Source: an uncultured Anaerolineae bacterium
GTDB lineage: Bacteria > Chloroflexota > Anaerolineae > JAADDB01
Direction: 5' to 3'
Assembly: GCA_964413905.1 (NCBI GenBank)
Contig: CAYPUG010000003.1
Location: forward strand, 17,896 to 59,599
Length of the DNA: 41,704 nucleotides
Position numbers and translations under genes: made by a program. Shown one piece after another: positions 8,644-17,848 of the stretch (position 1 is its first letter; every line of letters begins with the position of its first letter). The notes under the pieces were generated by a model that was not told the DNA's origin, made no database searches, and saw only the letters and a list, made by a program, of their open reading frames with translations.

Positions 8644-9167
8644 GGGTGATGAGCAATCCGCACAAAGTGAATGGGCATTTTTGTGGAACCCAACCGGCGA
8701 ATGTGGACCAGTTCCACCCGGTCCAGTGTCGCGTCCGTGGTGATGTGTTCTTGAATCCAGTACCCTAGCGGGTGGGCTGCAGCGAGGGCGACGGTCGTCG
8801 CGGCCAGGGCGGTGAATACCTTATCCCACCATCGACGCTTACGCCCGGCGGACGCGAGGACGGTTGCAATGCCGGCCATCACACTGGCCGTGACCAGGTT
8901 TGTACCACAATGAGGGTGAACGGCCAGTCGGCTCTCTCCGGCCTTTAGGCGGGCTATGGCCTCCCGAGCGGCCTGCTCCAATACGTCGATGGGGACGTGG
9001 CCGTAAATGTAGAATCCCCGGGGTGTACTTCGTCCGGCGATGGAAACATGTGGCAGCCGAGAACTCAGTAGATGGATGGTCGCGTGTTCAATGGCGTGAT
9101 TACGTCGCATGTGCGCCACCCACGAAAAGCGCCAGGGATGCGTCAATGCACGTCTGACATCGCTCAT
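8640..9167 (-). CDS. Conserved membrane-associated protein, DUF6391-like
   Basis: RRNHAIEHATIH and LAVHPHCGTNL motifs, recalled from a Chloroflexi/cyanobacterial family. ATGA overlap with holA. Confidence 0.7.
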   Translation of the reverse strand: MSDVRRALTHPWRFSWVAHMRRNHAIEHATIHLLSSRLPHVSIAGRSTPRGFYIYGHVPIDVLEQAAREAIARLKAGESRLAVHPHCGTNLVTASVMAGIATVLASAGRKRRWWDKVFTALAATTVALAAAHPLGYWIQEHITTDATLDRVELVHIRRLGSTKMPIHFVRIAHHP

Positions 9168-9168
9168 A

Positions 9169-9233
9169 GGATTTCACCCTTTTCTACTCTTCTTGACGCT
9201 GAGGTACATAAAACGCTCAGGTACATAAAACGC
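9169..9233. repeat. Family A arm remnant with a 17-bp tandem duplication
   Basis: ctactcttcttgacgctgaggtacata resembles ctactcctttttttacgccgaggtacac (34185-34212). Tandem units acgctgaggtacataaa / acgctcaggtacataaa at 9196-9229. Confidence 0.6.
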
Positions 9234-9356
9234 GATATGTCGCTCAATTAGGATGCCGGGGACGTATTTTACCACACTCGATGGGAGAATGGAATTCAAG
9301 TAGGAGAAACGCGTTTTGTCGAACATCGAACGAGGACACACGTTGAGGAGACAATA

Positions 9357-9388
9357 AAGTGGCCGAGGGAGAGATCCCTCGGCCACTT
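9357..9388 (-). terminator. Intrinsic terminator-like hairpin downstream of gdh
   Basis: Perfect 14-bp stem aagtggccgaggga-gaga-tccctcggccactt. Confidence 0.7.
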
Positions 9389-9422
9389 GTGTTCCTCACC
9401 CCATTGTGAGGGAAGTGGCGAA

Positions 9423-10685
9423 TTATACCCAGCCGCGGAGTTTCATGGCCTTGGCGACTCGCGATACCGCGACCAAGTAGGCGGCCAGACGATTGTGGAC
9501 CTTGCGCTCCTGGGCCATCTCGTGCACATCGTAGAAAGCTCGGGTCATCTTCTGATCCAACTTTTCGTAGACCTCTTCCGCCGTCCAGTAATAGTTCATG
9601 GCATCCTGTACTTGCTCGAAGTAGGAAACGGTCACACCACCCGCGTTGCAGAGGAAGTCCGGAATGACGTAAACGCCGTTTTCGTGCAGGATGAGGTCGG
9701 CCTCCGGTGTTGTGGGGCCGTTCGCCAATTCGGCCACAATCTTGGCTTTGATGTTGTTCGCGTTCTCCTCGGTGATGACGTTCTCCAACGCAGAGGGGAA
9801 GAGGACCGTCACGTCCAATTCCAACAGCTCCTCGTTGGAAATGGGATCGGTATCCGGGAACCCGACAACCGAACCGGTCTCCTTCTTCCAGGCGAGCACC
9901 TTTTCGTAGTCCAACCCGTTGGGATTGTAAATGCCGCCCTTGGAGTCGGAGACGGCCACAATCTTCATGCCCAGAAGTTCCACGGCCAACTTGTGGGCAA
10001 AGGACCCCGCATTGCCGTAGCCTTGGATGGCGCCGGTAGCACCTTTGAGGTCGATACCCAACACCTTTGCGGCTTCTCGAACGGTGTAAATACCGCCACG
10101 AGCCGTTGCGTCAATGCGTCCGGCCGAACCGCCCAGTTCTAGGGGCTTCCCCGTGATGACCCCGGGTTCCTGGTGTCCGACCAGTACGTCGAACTCATCC
10201 ATCATCCAGGCCATAATTTGCGGGTTTGTGTACACGTCCGGAGCGGGGACGTCCACGTTCGCGCCGATGAACCGAGCCACTTGGCGGATGTAACCTCGGC
10301 TCAAGCGTTCCAATTCCCGTTCGGACATTTCCTTCGGGTTACAGATGACGCCACCTTTACCCCCGCCCAGGGGCAAGTTCATCACCGCGGTCTTCCATGT
10401 CATCCACGCGGCCAATGCCCGAACCGTGTCAATGGTTTCGTGGGGGTGGAAGCGAATACCTCCTTTGGCCGGTCCGCGAGCGTCATTGTACTGCACGCGG
10501 AAACCTTTAAAGATCTTGACCGTGCCGTCGTCCATGCGTACCGGAATTTGGAAGTGAAACTCTCGCATGGGCCAACGGAGAAGTTCGTGAGTGGCTTCAT
10601 CTAACCCGAGGTGCTCAGCGGCCTCGTCCAATTGCCTCTGAGCAATAGCAAAGGGGTTCAACTCATTGACAGCCTTGTCGCTCAT
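9423..10685 (-). CDS. gdhA: Glu/Leu/Phe/Val dehydrogenase (glutamate dehydrogenase)
   Basis: [47 protein letters not shown] before ATG 10685. Confidence 0.95.
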   Translation of the reverse strand: MSDKAVNELNPFAIAQRQLDEAAEHLGLDEATHELLRWPMREFHFQIPVRMDDGTVKIFKGFRVQYNDARGPAKGGIRFHPHETIDTVRALAAWMTWKTAVMNLPLGGGKGGVICNPKEMSERELERLSRGYIRQVARFIGANVDVPAPDVYTNPQIMAWMMDEFDVLVGHQEPGVITGKPLELGGSAGRIDATARGGIYTVREAAKVLGIDLKGATGAIQGYGNAGSFAHKLAVELLGMKIVAVSDSKGGIYNPNGLDYEKVLAWKKETGSVVGFPDTDPISNEELLELDVTVLFPSALENVITEENANNIKAKIVAELANGPTTPEADLILHENGVYVIPDFLCNAGGVTVSYFEQVQDAMNYYWTAEEVYEKLDQKMTRAFYDVHEMAQERKVHNRLAAYLVAVSRVAKAMKLRGWV

Positions 10686-10818
10686 GGCACCCTCCTCATC
10701 GAGGCTTAAGATGGAGTTAAGAATGACAACGGGGTGGATCGCCCACCCCGCGTACTCTAGCACATTTTAGAATGTTTGTCCAGTTGGCGTTGCCGGAAGG
10801 TCGAGATTTCCCCTTCTT

Positions 10819-12090
10819 CTACCCTTTAATGCGTAAGAACTTGCGGCGCCCCACACGAAGTACGTGTTCCCGACCGTCGGGGGTGAAGATGGCGTTGATA
10901 TCCGTCACCTTCTCCCCGTCCAATTGGACCCCCCCTTGCTGAATGAGTCGTCGTATCTCACTCTTACTCTTGGCCATCCCCGCGGCCGCGGCAATGTCCA
11001 CAATGCGCATAGGTTCGTTGACCGTGAACTCGGGCATCTCTTCGGGGAGGTCCCGTTGTTGGAACACGCGTATGAAGTGCGCTTCAGCCCGTTTGGCTGC
11101 TTCCTCACCGTGGAAGATGCTCACAATTTCCCGGGCCAATTCCATTTTGACGTCCCGGGGATGACGTCGGCCCTCCTTCAAATCGCGTTCTATTTGGTCG
11201 ATTTGATCCGGCTTGTAGCGTGTAACCAGTTTGAAGTAGGTGATCATCACGTGATCGGGCAAACTCATCACCTTGCCGTACATGTCCTCGGGGGAGGCCA
11301 TGATGGGGATGTGATTACCCAGGCTCTTGCTCATTTTCAGGACACCATCGGTTCCCGGCAGAAGAGGCACAATGATGGCCACTTGGGGGCGTTGACCGAA
11401 CGCCTCTTGTAATTTTCTCCCCGCGACTACGATGTTGAATATCTGATCCGTGCCGCCGATTTGAACGTCCGTTTCCAGAGCTACCGCGTCATATCCTTGC
11501 ATGAGCGGGTAGAAGAATTCGTGCAAGAAGATGGCGTCTCCCTTGTCATAGCGCTTGCGGAAGTTTTCCCGAGCCAGAAACTGTTGTACCGTAAAGTTGG
11601 CCGCGATGTGAATGAGTTCGCCGAACGTCAATTTTTCCAGCCACTCATGGTTGTAGCGAATGACCGTCTTTTCGGGGTCGAGGATCTTAAAGGCCTGGTC
11701 CGTGTACGTTTTCGCGTTGGCCATGATAGTATCTAAATCCATGATGGCGCGGGCCTTATCCTTATCACTGGGGTCCCCAACCAGACTGGTAAATGTGCCG
11801 ATGAGGAAGATGGCCGTGTGACCCAATTCCTGGAATTGGCGCAGTTTGCGCATAGGCACAGTATGACCCAGGTGCAAGTCAGACGTGCGTGGGTCTACGC
11901 CCAAGTAGACCCGTAGGGGTTTGCCCGTGCGTTGAGATTCGATAAGTCGGGCACGCAGTTCATCCTCCATGCGTTGTCGCAATTGCTCCGCGTCCGGATC
12001 CCCTTCGGGGCCGTACTGGCATCCCTGCATCAGGTAACGGACCTGTTCGTCAATGCTCATGGTGGCAGCCAAATTTTCCTTCTTCTCCAT
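10819..12090 (-). CDS. tyrS: Tyrosine--tRNA ligase
   Basis: GVDPRTSDLHLGH, YPLMQGYD, QIGGTDQ, KMSKSLGN, C-terminal S4-like domain. Confidence 0.96.
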   Translation of the reverse strand: MEKKENLAATMSIDEQVRYLMQGCQYGPEGDPDAEQLRQRMEDELRARLIESQRTGKPLRVYLGVDPRTSDLHLGHTVPMRKLRQFQELGHTAIFLIGTFTSLVGDPSDKDKARAIMDLDTIMANAKTYTDQAFKILDPEKTVIRYNHEWLEKLTFGELIHIAANFTVQQFLARENFRKRYDKGDAIFLHEFFYPLMQGYDAVALETDVQIGGTDQIFNIVVAGRKLQEAFGQRPQVAIIVPLLPGTDGVLKMSKSLGNHIPIMASPEDMYGKVMSLPDHVMITYFKLVTRYKPDQIDQIERDLKEGRRHPRDVKMELAREIVSIFHGEEAAKRAEAHFIRVFQQRDLPEEMPEFTVNEPMRIVDIAAAAGMAKSKSEIRRLIQQGGVQLDGEKVTDINAIFTPDGREHVLRVGRRKFLRIKG

Positions 12091-12115
12091 GGATTTCCAT
12101 CCCCCATCAACGTGA

Positions 12116-13906
12116 TTAGGCCAACTTCTCTAATTCATCTACCATATCTTTAACCACATCAAACCCTTTTTGCCAAAAATCGGGAGATGTGATGTCCACC
12201 TCCACTTCGGCCAGGATCTCCTGCGGCCGAGCCGATCCTCCGTACGAGAGCAACTTGATGTACTTGGGTTTGAACGATTCTCCCTCTTCTTTGTAACGTC
12301 GATACAAGGCGAGCACCAGCAATTGGCCGAAACTGTACGCGTAACAGTAGAAGGGGGTGTGGTAGATGTGAGGAATACTTACCCATTCGTGCTGGAACTC
12401 GTCGGAAATTTCAACACTGTCGCCGAATTGATCTCGGAGGTTCTCCATGTACATGTGGTTCAAATCGGCCGCGGTGGCACTGTCGCGGTTGATGGCGTCG
12501 TGCGCCTGCAGTTCAAACAGCACAAAATAGGCTTGACGCATGACCGTGGCGTAAATATCGTCCACGGAGGCGGCTAACAAGTTCCGTCGCGCGAGAGGAT
12601 CACTTTCCTCTTCGAGGAGTCGGTCTGTGAGTAACATTTCGGAGAACACGGACGCGGTTTCGGCCAAAGGTAAGGGGGGATGCTGTGTGAACACGTTATG
12701 GTGCTCGGCCAACATACTGTGAATCGCATGGCCCAGTTCATGGGCCAGCGTCGCCACATCCCGCAGTCGTCCGGTGAAGTTCACCAGCACCCACGGTGTG
12801 AAATCCGGGGTCACGGTCATGCAGAACGCTCCCCCCCGTTTGCCCGGCCGCACTTCACTGTCGATGTGGTGCTCCTGGAACACCCGTTCCGCAAGTTGGG
12901 CCATGCGGGGCTCAAACCGATTTAATGTGTCCAACACGAGGTGGACGGCTTCCTCGTAAGAGACCCGTTTATCCGATTCGGCCAGGGGCGCGTAGATGTC
13001 GTATCGGCGCAGTTTTTTCATTCCCAGCCAGCGGGCCTTGAGTCGAAAATATCGTTGGAACAAAGTCCGGTTCTCTCGGGCTACTTGGAGTAGGACGTCC
13101 ACGGCTTGGTCGGGGATGTCGTTGAACAGGTTCCGCACCGCGATAGGCGAAGGAAAACCGCGGAGTCGCACGTTCTCATTATACCAATCCCGCACGCGAT
13201 GTGTGTACATTTGGGCGAGGAGGGGGGATTCCTTTCCGTACACGCGGTACAATTCCCGATATGCCGCGGCCCGCAAGTCCGGATTGGGAGAGTGCACATA
13301 CGCCATGAGTTCATCGCGAGTGAGGTGTTTCTCCTCGCCGTCTACCTCCAAGGTGAACTCGAAGCGATTGGTGTGCATTGCGTAGAGGGTGAGGACGGCT
13401 TGAATGCCATCCGCGTCCTTCAGGTTAATGATCTGTTCGGATTTTTCGTCCAGTGTAAAGGGCTTGAACCGGCGTAACGTGAGCAAATAATGCCGGAAGT
13501 CCTGATATTCATCCCCTTTAGGTAACAAGCGTTCGGCTTCCCGGTCATCCAGGGCTTTCCACCAGAGTTCAAAGAAGAGCAGGCGATTTTGGTAATCGGT
13601 GAGAATTTGTCGGACACGATTTAGAAGAGCCAGCGCGTCCGGCGATTGTGTGTTCTCAGAAAACCAGAGGTGCGCGAAACCGCCCAGGACGTGCAATTCC
13701 CGCACAATAGATTCCAATTGCTGCAATAAGGAGAGGAACTGAGCGGGATCCATGTCCGGGCGTAACGTCTCCCGTGCTGCTTCAAAGGCACTCACCGCGG
13801 CTTCTAAACGTTGTAGGCGTTGATTGAGGGCCTCTTGCCGCGGTTCCGGTAGAAGTTCGGACAGGTCCCAACGTCCGAGTGGATATGTGTGATTCGGTGT
13901 GGACAT
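12116..13906 (-). CDS. pepF: M3 family oligoendopeptidase F
   Basis: WDLSEL, GKRGGAFC, zincin motif HELGH, LAETASVFSE, HIYHTPFYCYAY. Confidence 0.92.
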   Translation of the reverse strand: MSTPNHTYPLGRWDLSELLPEPRQEALNQRLQRLEAAVSAFEAARETLRPDMDPAQFLSLLQQLESIVRELHVLGGFAHLWFSENTQSPDALALLNRVRQILTDYQNRLLFFELWWKALDDREAERLLPKGDEYQDFRHYLLTLRRFKPFTLDEKSEQIINLKDADGIQAVLTLYAMHTNRFEFTLEVDGEEKHLTRDELMAYVHSPNPDLRAAAYRELYRVYGKESPLLAQMYTHRVRDWYNENVRLRGFPSPIAVRNLFNDIPDQAVDVLLQVARENRTLFQRYFRLKARWLGMKKLRRYDIYAPLAESDKRVSYEEAVHLVLDTLNRFEPRMAQLAERVFQEHHIDSEVRPGKRGGAFCMTVTPDFTPWVLVNFTGRLRDVATLAHELGHAIHSMLAEHHNVFTQHPPLPLAETASVFSEMLLTDRLLEEESDPLARRNLLAASVDDIYATVMRQAYFVLFELQAHDAINRDSATAADLNHMYMENLRDQFGDSVEISDEFQHEWVSIPHIYHTPFYCYAYSFGQLLVLALYRRYKEEGESFKPKYIKLLSYGGSARPQEILAEVEVDITSPDFWQKGFDVVKDMVDELEKLA

Positions 13907-14048
13907 GGACGACTCCTTGCAGATGGATATGGGGGTCAGTGTCTGCTAGGGGACTGACGTTTGGATCCCCCCTTCGCGAGGCCTACCCCCTATGGAGGGC
14001 ATTATACCGATTTTGGAGGAAAAGGAGAACCCACAGGCGGCCACAGAA

Positions 14049-14100
14049 CCAGCGCCTAAGCCACCGGTCATCCCCCAGAAACCGGCTGCTTAGGCGCTGG
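14049..14100 (-). ncRNA. Candidate structured leader or sRNA hairpin upstream of pepF
   Basis: Perfect 13-bp outer stem plus 5-6 bp inner stem and a 12-nt loop, beginning a few nt after a predicted transcription start. Confidence 0.4.
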
Positions 14101-14111
14101 AACTGATACCT

Positions 14112-14140
14112 ATTATAACTAAAAGGGGGGCGTATGTCCA
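14112..14140 (-). promoter_or_regulatory. Sigma70-type promoter
   Basis: Minus strand TGGACA, 17 bp spacer, TATAAT. Confidence 0.7.
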
Positions 14141-14194
14141 TAAAAATGATGTAGAAATATCCCCCAGATATTGTAAATCCCCCCGTTTTGTTCG

Positions 14195-16066
14195 TTAATG
14201 ACCCACTTCGTCTATTCGAATAGGCGCGGTGCGCGGTGTTCCGTCCGTTCGCTCCACCCGTTTCAGTGACGGGTATAGGTACATACCCACGCCTAGCCAG
14301 CCTCCGGGAGGTATCTCTTTCTCAAAATCCACCCACGTAATCAACCGGTCTCCTGCGCGCCACGCACGCCAGGGTAGGGGCACGTCCTGCACCATGACCG
14401 GTGTGTCTCGTCCCGGTACATACACGTGATTGAATTGGTGTACCTCCCCCACAGGGTGGGGATTCTCGACCCGCCACAATGTTACCCACCGGAATCCCCG
14501 CTTCTGAGGCATCACTTTCCACCCCTCAAACACTACCCCGTTCGCCAGCGGGACTGGTCTCTCTCGGTGAAATCCCTGAGGGGCCCGGGGGTCGACACGG
14601 GCTACGAGGAAGGGGTATTCACCTTGGCGTTTGGGGACGATGTGAACATCTATGGCCGCTGGCGGGAGGGTTTCCTCTAAAACCTGTCGGGCCGGCAACC
14701 AGAGGGAGACGAAGAAGAGCCAGGAGCGGGTCCTCGGCAGCAACAACGTGTGGCGGCCATCTGCTATCCGGTGGGGATACCCCCAGAACAGTGCTTCTGC
14801 GACCGCGGCATCCCCATCTGTGGCGGGATTATCCCCCACCGCCATAATCACCGCGGGGAGTCCATCCTGCACCTGACGCACGGCTGCACGCTGATACGAG
14901 AGTGGTGTGCTGATCCCTCCCGGCGTAAACCGCGTGCCTGCGATCTTCACCCCTTGTCGGAAAAGGTGCCCGTGTGCCAAGCCGATCACGATGGCTATGG
15001 CCACCCATGCCCGGCGCCATCGGTGCGAGTGTACAGTCCGAACACTCGCACCGGCCAGCAGGAACGCGGCCGGTGCCGAAGCCAGCACATAGTGCAGCCG
15101 TTTTGGCATCCACGGCAGCGACCAAAGCACCGGAGCACTTAACAGCCATATGAGAAGCAAACGTCGTCCTCGAGCCGTCGACCACGTCCACACCCCTGCG
15201 CTTCCCAGGGCTAGCAGCAACAAAACGCCCAGCGCGGCCAGTTGGGCCATCCTGCCTGTGCTCACTTCAAATGTAGGACCAATGAACAGCCAATCCCAGT
15301 TGTACCCATCCACCAGCATCAGGAGGTGGCGCCACACCGTCACCGGGTCTTCTCCCGTTTGTGTCACTTGAGTGAGGTTGGCTTGCACATGGGGCCAAAT
15401 ACGGGGGAGCAAAGGCCATGCCGGGAAGAGAGCCAGGACAAATCCGGCTCCCCACGCGCGTATCCTCTCGCTCCGCTGTATGAGCAAAAATGTCGTAGAC
15501 GCGAGGGCTAGTGTTATACCCGCGTAATGCACCTGCCACGCGAATCCGGCCAGGAATCCCGCGAGGACCGCGGCCCAGCCGCGTTTATCCGCCCACCACG
15601 TGGTAAACGCCCATCCTATTCCCAGCACCGGTAACCAGTTCTGCGCCCAGATGCTCCGGGAATAAAAAACGAAGTACGGCGCGCCTGCGGCCAGCCACAA
15701 CGTGACCAGAGCGCCTTCCGGCCCCCACCAACTACGGGCCAGGGCCCACAGCCCAACCAGCGTGAGGACACTCACTCCGGCCATGAACATCGACGCGACC
15801 AGCGGATCCGTGGAGAGGGCATAAGGAAAGGCGAACAGCCACGCAGCACCGGGGAAGTTCGGTATCCCCACAGATGATACCATGCCCGGCACCCACCAAT
15901 GACCGTGGCGGGCGACATCCAAAGCAATCAGGCTCAACCGCGCTTCATCAAACGCAAATGGCACCACGCCCGGGTACCCTAAGCGCAGCACGCCGGCCCA
16001 TAGCAGCCCCAATACCACCAGGCTCCCTTCCAAAGCGTGCGTCCATCTGTGCTCGCGGTTCGCCAT
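14195..16066 (-). CDS. Polytopic membrane glycosyltransferase, GT-C fold (ArnT/PMT-like), with an extracellular C-terminal domain
   Basis: First TM helix followed by FAFDEA acidic pair, about 10 or more TM segments, YSRSIWAQN. Start moved to ATG 16066 because the upstream extension runs through a repeat array. Confidence 0.7.
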   Translation of the reverse strand: MANREHRWTHALEGSLVVLGLLWAGVLRLGYPGVVPFAFDEARLSLIALDVARHGHWWVPGMVSSVGIPNFPGAAWLFAFPYALSTDPLVASMFMAGVSVLTLVGLWALARSWWGPEGALVTLWLAAGAPYFVFYSRSIWAQNWLPVLGIGWAFTTWWADKRGWAAVLAGFLAGFAWQVHYAGITLALASTTFLLIQRSERIRAWGAGFVLALFPAWPLLPRIWPHVQANLTQVTQTGEDPVTVWRHLLMLVDGYNWDWLFIGPTFEVSTGRMAQLAALGVLLLLALGSAGVWTWSTARGRRLLLIWLLSAPVLWSLPWMPKRLHYVLASAPAAFLLAGASVRTVHSHRWRRAWVAIAIVIGLAHGHLFRQGVKIAGTRFTPGGISTPLSYQRAAVRQVQDGLPAVIMAVGDNPATDGDAAVAEALFWGYPHRIADGRHTLLLPRTRSWLFFVSLWLPARQVLEETLPPAAIDVHIVPKRQGEYPFLVARVDPRAPQGFHRERPVPLANGVVFEGWKVMPQKRGFRWVTLWRVENPHPVGEVHQFNHVYVPGRDTPVMVQDVPLPWRAWRAGDRLITWVDFEKEIPPGGWLGVGMYLYPSLKRVERTDGTPRTAPIRIDEVGH

Positions 16067-16166
16067 ATCCCAATGCCACCTTTTTCCTGAGCGAAGGATA
16101 TTCCCTATTTTGCCATCTCCTTCCACTTTGATGAAAATCACACCAATTCGCCATCTTATAACGGTT

Positions 16167-16274
16167 TTGGAGTGCGGCGACCTGTCGCCGCTTTGATAGT
16201 GACTTGGGCGTGCGGCGACCCGGCGTCGCTTTGATAACTTTAGCGTGCAGCCACCTGCCGCCACTTTAATAACT
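16167..16274. repeat. Three tandem degenerate ~35-38 bp REP-like hairpin units
   Basis: ggagtgcggcgacctgtcgccgctttgata / ggcgtgcggcgacccggcgtcgctttgata / agcgtgcagccacctgccgccactttaata. Confidence 0.75.
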
Positions 16275-16290
16275 CAGGAGGGGGATATAT

Positions 16291-16755
16291 ATGAGCATTC
16301 ATGTAGAGATTCCCGGTCGTGGCACGTATATTCTGGAACATTTAGTCCTCGACGTGAACGGCACGTTGGCCTTGGACGGCATCCTTATAGAAGGAGTGGC
16401 CGAGCGTCTCTTCGCATTGAAAGCCCATCTTACGTTGCACATGCTCACCGCGGACACGCACGGCCGCCAGGAGATTATTGATAAAACTCTGGGGTTCGAG
16501 GCTCAGCGTATTCCGACGTCCGCGGGGAAAACCCGGTACGTGTTGGACTTAGGGGCGGATAAAGTCGTCGCCATTGGCAACGGCGCGAATGACGCGGGCA
16601 TGTTGCGGGCCGCGGCCATCGGCATCGCGGTGATGGGGTCGGAAGGGCTCGCGGTGGACGCATTGGATGCCGCGGACATTGTGGTGCCGAACATCCTTAT
16701 CGCTTTTGATCTGCTTCTCAATCCCCGACGCATGGTGGCCACATTGCGCCGCTAA
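16291..16755 (+). CDS. HAD-family hydrolase, soluble P-type-ATPase-like
   Basis: LDVNGTL, LTADTHG, K, IGNGANDAGML motifs. RBS AGGAGG. Confidence 0.85.
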   Translation: MSIHVEIPGRGTYILEHLVLDVNGTLALDGILIEGVAERLFALKAHLTLHMLTADTHGRQEIIDKTLGFEAQRIPTSAGKTRYVLDLGADKVVAIGNGANDAGMLRAAAIGIAVMGSEGLAVDALDAADIVVPNILIAFDLLLNPRRMVATLRR

Positions 16756-16921
16756 GGGGCTGCACAGGTCGGGATACAGGTGTCCTTAGGCATATGGGGA
16801 GCACGTATTTTCCTCGAGCAAGTTCTTATGCTACAATCGGCAACCGGCTCAGAGGTAGGAAGGCACCCGCTGGATAAGCGCTTTATAAGACTTTTGAGTG
16901 AGGAGGTTGAGGAAGAAACCG

Positions 16922-17848
16922 ATGAAATGGCGTTACATAGGTCTTGCTGTTGTACTTTTGCTGGCATTAACAGTTACGGCTTGTGGCTCTCCGCGCGAAC
17001 AGGCAACGCCTACCCCTACACGCACAATGGTTCCGACATTTACACCCACACCTGAAGGCGCGTTGGGGCCGGCGGTTTCCCACAAGGTGGCCCAAGTTAT
17101 CCCCCCGACGAACACGCCGACGGCCACGCCGGTGCCACCAACACCGACGCCAACGGCTACGGCCACACCCACCGCGACCCCGAAACCCGAGGTCGTGGTG
17201 AAGTCCCAGAAGCTGAACGTGAGGGCCGGGCCGAGCATCCTGCACCCACGCATTGCCCAAATCTCCCAGGGGGAGAAGTTCGAGGTTGTGGGCAAGAACC
17301 CGGAAGAAACGTGGTGGCAAATCCGTTTGCCTGATGGAACCATCGGTTGGGTGTACGCCAAATTAGTGATACCGGAGGGTTCCATTGACACTGTGCAAGT
17401 AGCGGAAAACATCCCAACGCCGCCACCTACACCCACTCCACGCCCTACACCCACGCCAAGACCCACACCCACGCCGGCGCCCCAATACGAGTACAACAAG
17501 ATCGTGCTCTACGGCTGCGAGTTCAACGCGGGTGTCACCGAGGTTCACGGCACAGTGTACCGAAATGGTGTCCGGTTCAACGGCGCCCGTGTTGTCTTCA
17601 GTATTCAACCTGACGGACCGTGGATCACACCGCCGGCCATTACCGGACCGCATCCGGGATACCCGGATTGGCCGGATGGGTACTATTCTCACATTCTGGC
17701 CGCGAACTATGCCCGTGAGGGAGATTGGTACTTCTGGATTGTAGATGAATCTGGCCGGCGCATTTCCAAGATTGCTCACGTGCACACGGATGGTGTGGCT
17801 GCGCCGGGCAAATGTCAGAAGTGGACCCTTGACTGGGATACGCGCTAA
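16922..17848 (+). CDS. Lipoprotein with Pro/Thr linkers, a bacterial SH3 domain and a C-terminal beta domain
   Basis: Lipobox VTAC, PTPT repeats, SH3_3-like LNVRAGPS...WWQI...GWV. Confidence 0.8.
   Translation: MKWRYIGLAVVLLLALTVTACGSPREQATPTPTRTMVPTFTPTPEGALGPAVSHKVAQVIPPTNTPTATPVPPTPTPTATATPTATPKPEVVVKSQKLNVRAGPSILHPRIAQISQGEKFEVVGKNPEETWWQIRLPDGTIGWVYAKLVIPEGSIDTVQVAENIPTPPPTPTPRPTPTPRPTPTPAPQYEYNKIVLYGCEFNAGVTEVHGTVYRNGVRFNGARVVFSIQPDGPWITPPAITGPHPGYPDWPDGYYSHILAANYAREGDWYFWIVDESGRRISKIAHVHTDGVAAPGKCQKWTLDWDTR

Noticed and set aside
9387-10142. 251-aa plus-strand ORF
   Set aside because: Antisense shadow of gdhA, with no motifs of its own.
12091-14110. T-box riboswitch for tyrS
   Set aside because: Only 25 nt separate pepF and tyrS, and no GGTGGNACCGCG T-box consensus is present in the pepF leader.
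16067-16264. N-terminal extension of the GT-C ORF, and similar ORF-track extensions of gdh, ppaC, prmA, rsmE, trxB, pit and mocA
   Set aside because: The extensions cross repeats, promoters or neighbouring genes. Better RBS-linked or overlap-coupled starts lie downstream.
16167-16274. Possible mini-CRISPR array
   Set aside because: Units are nearly contiguous with no spacer-length unique sequence, they are degenerate, and there are no cas genes in the window.
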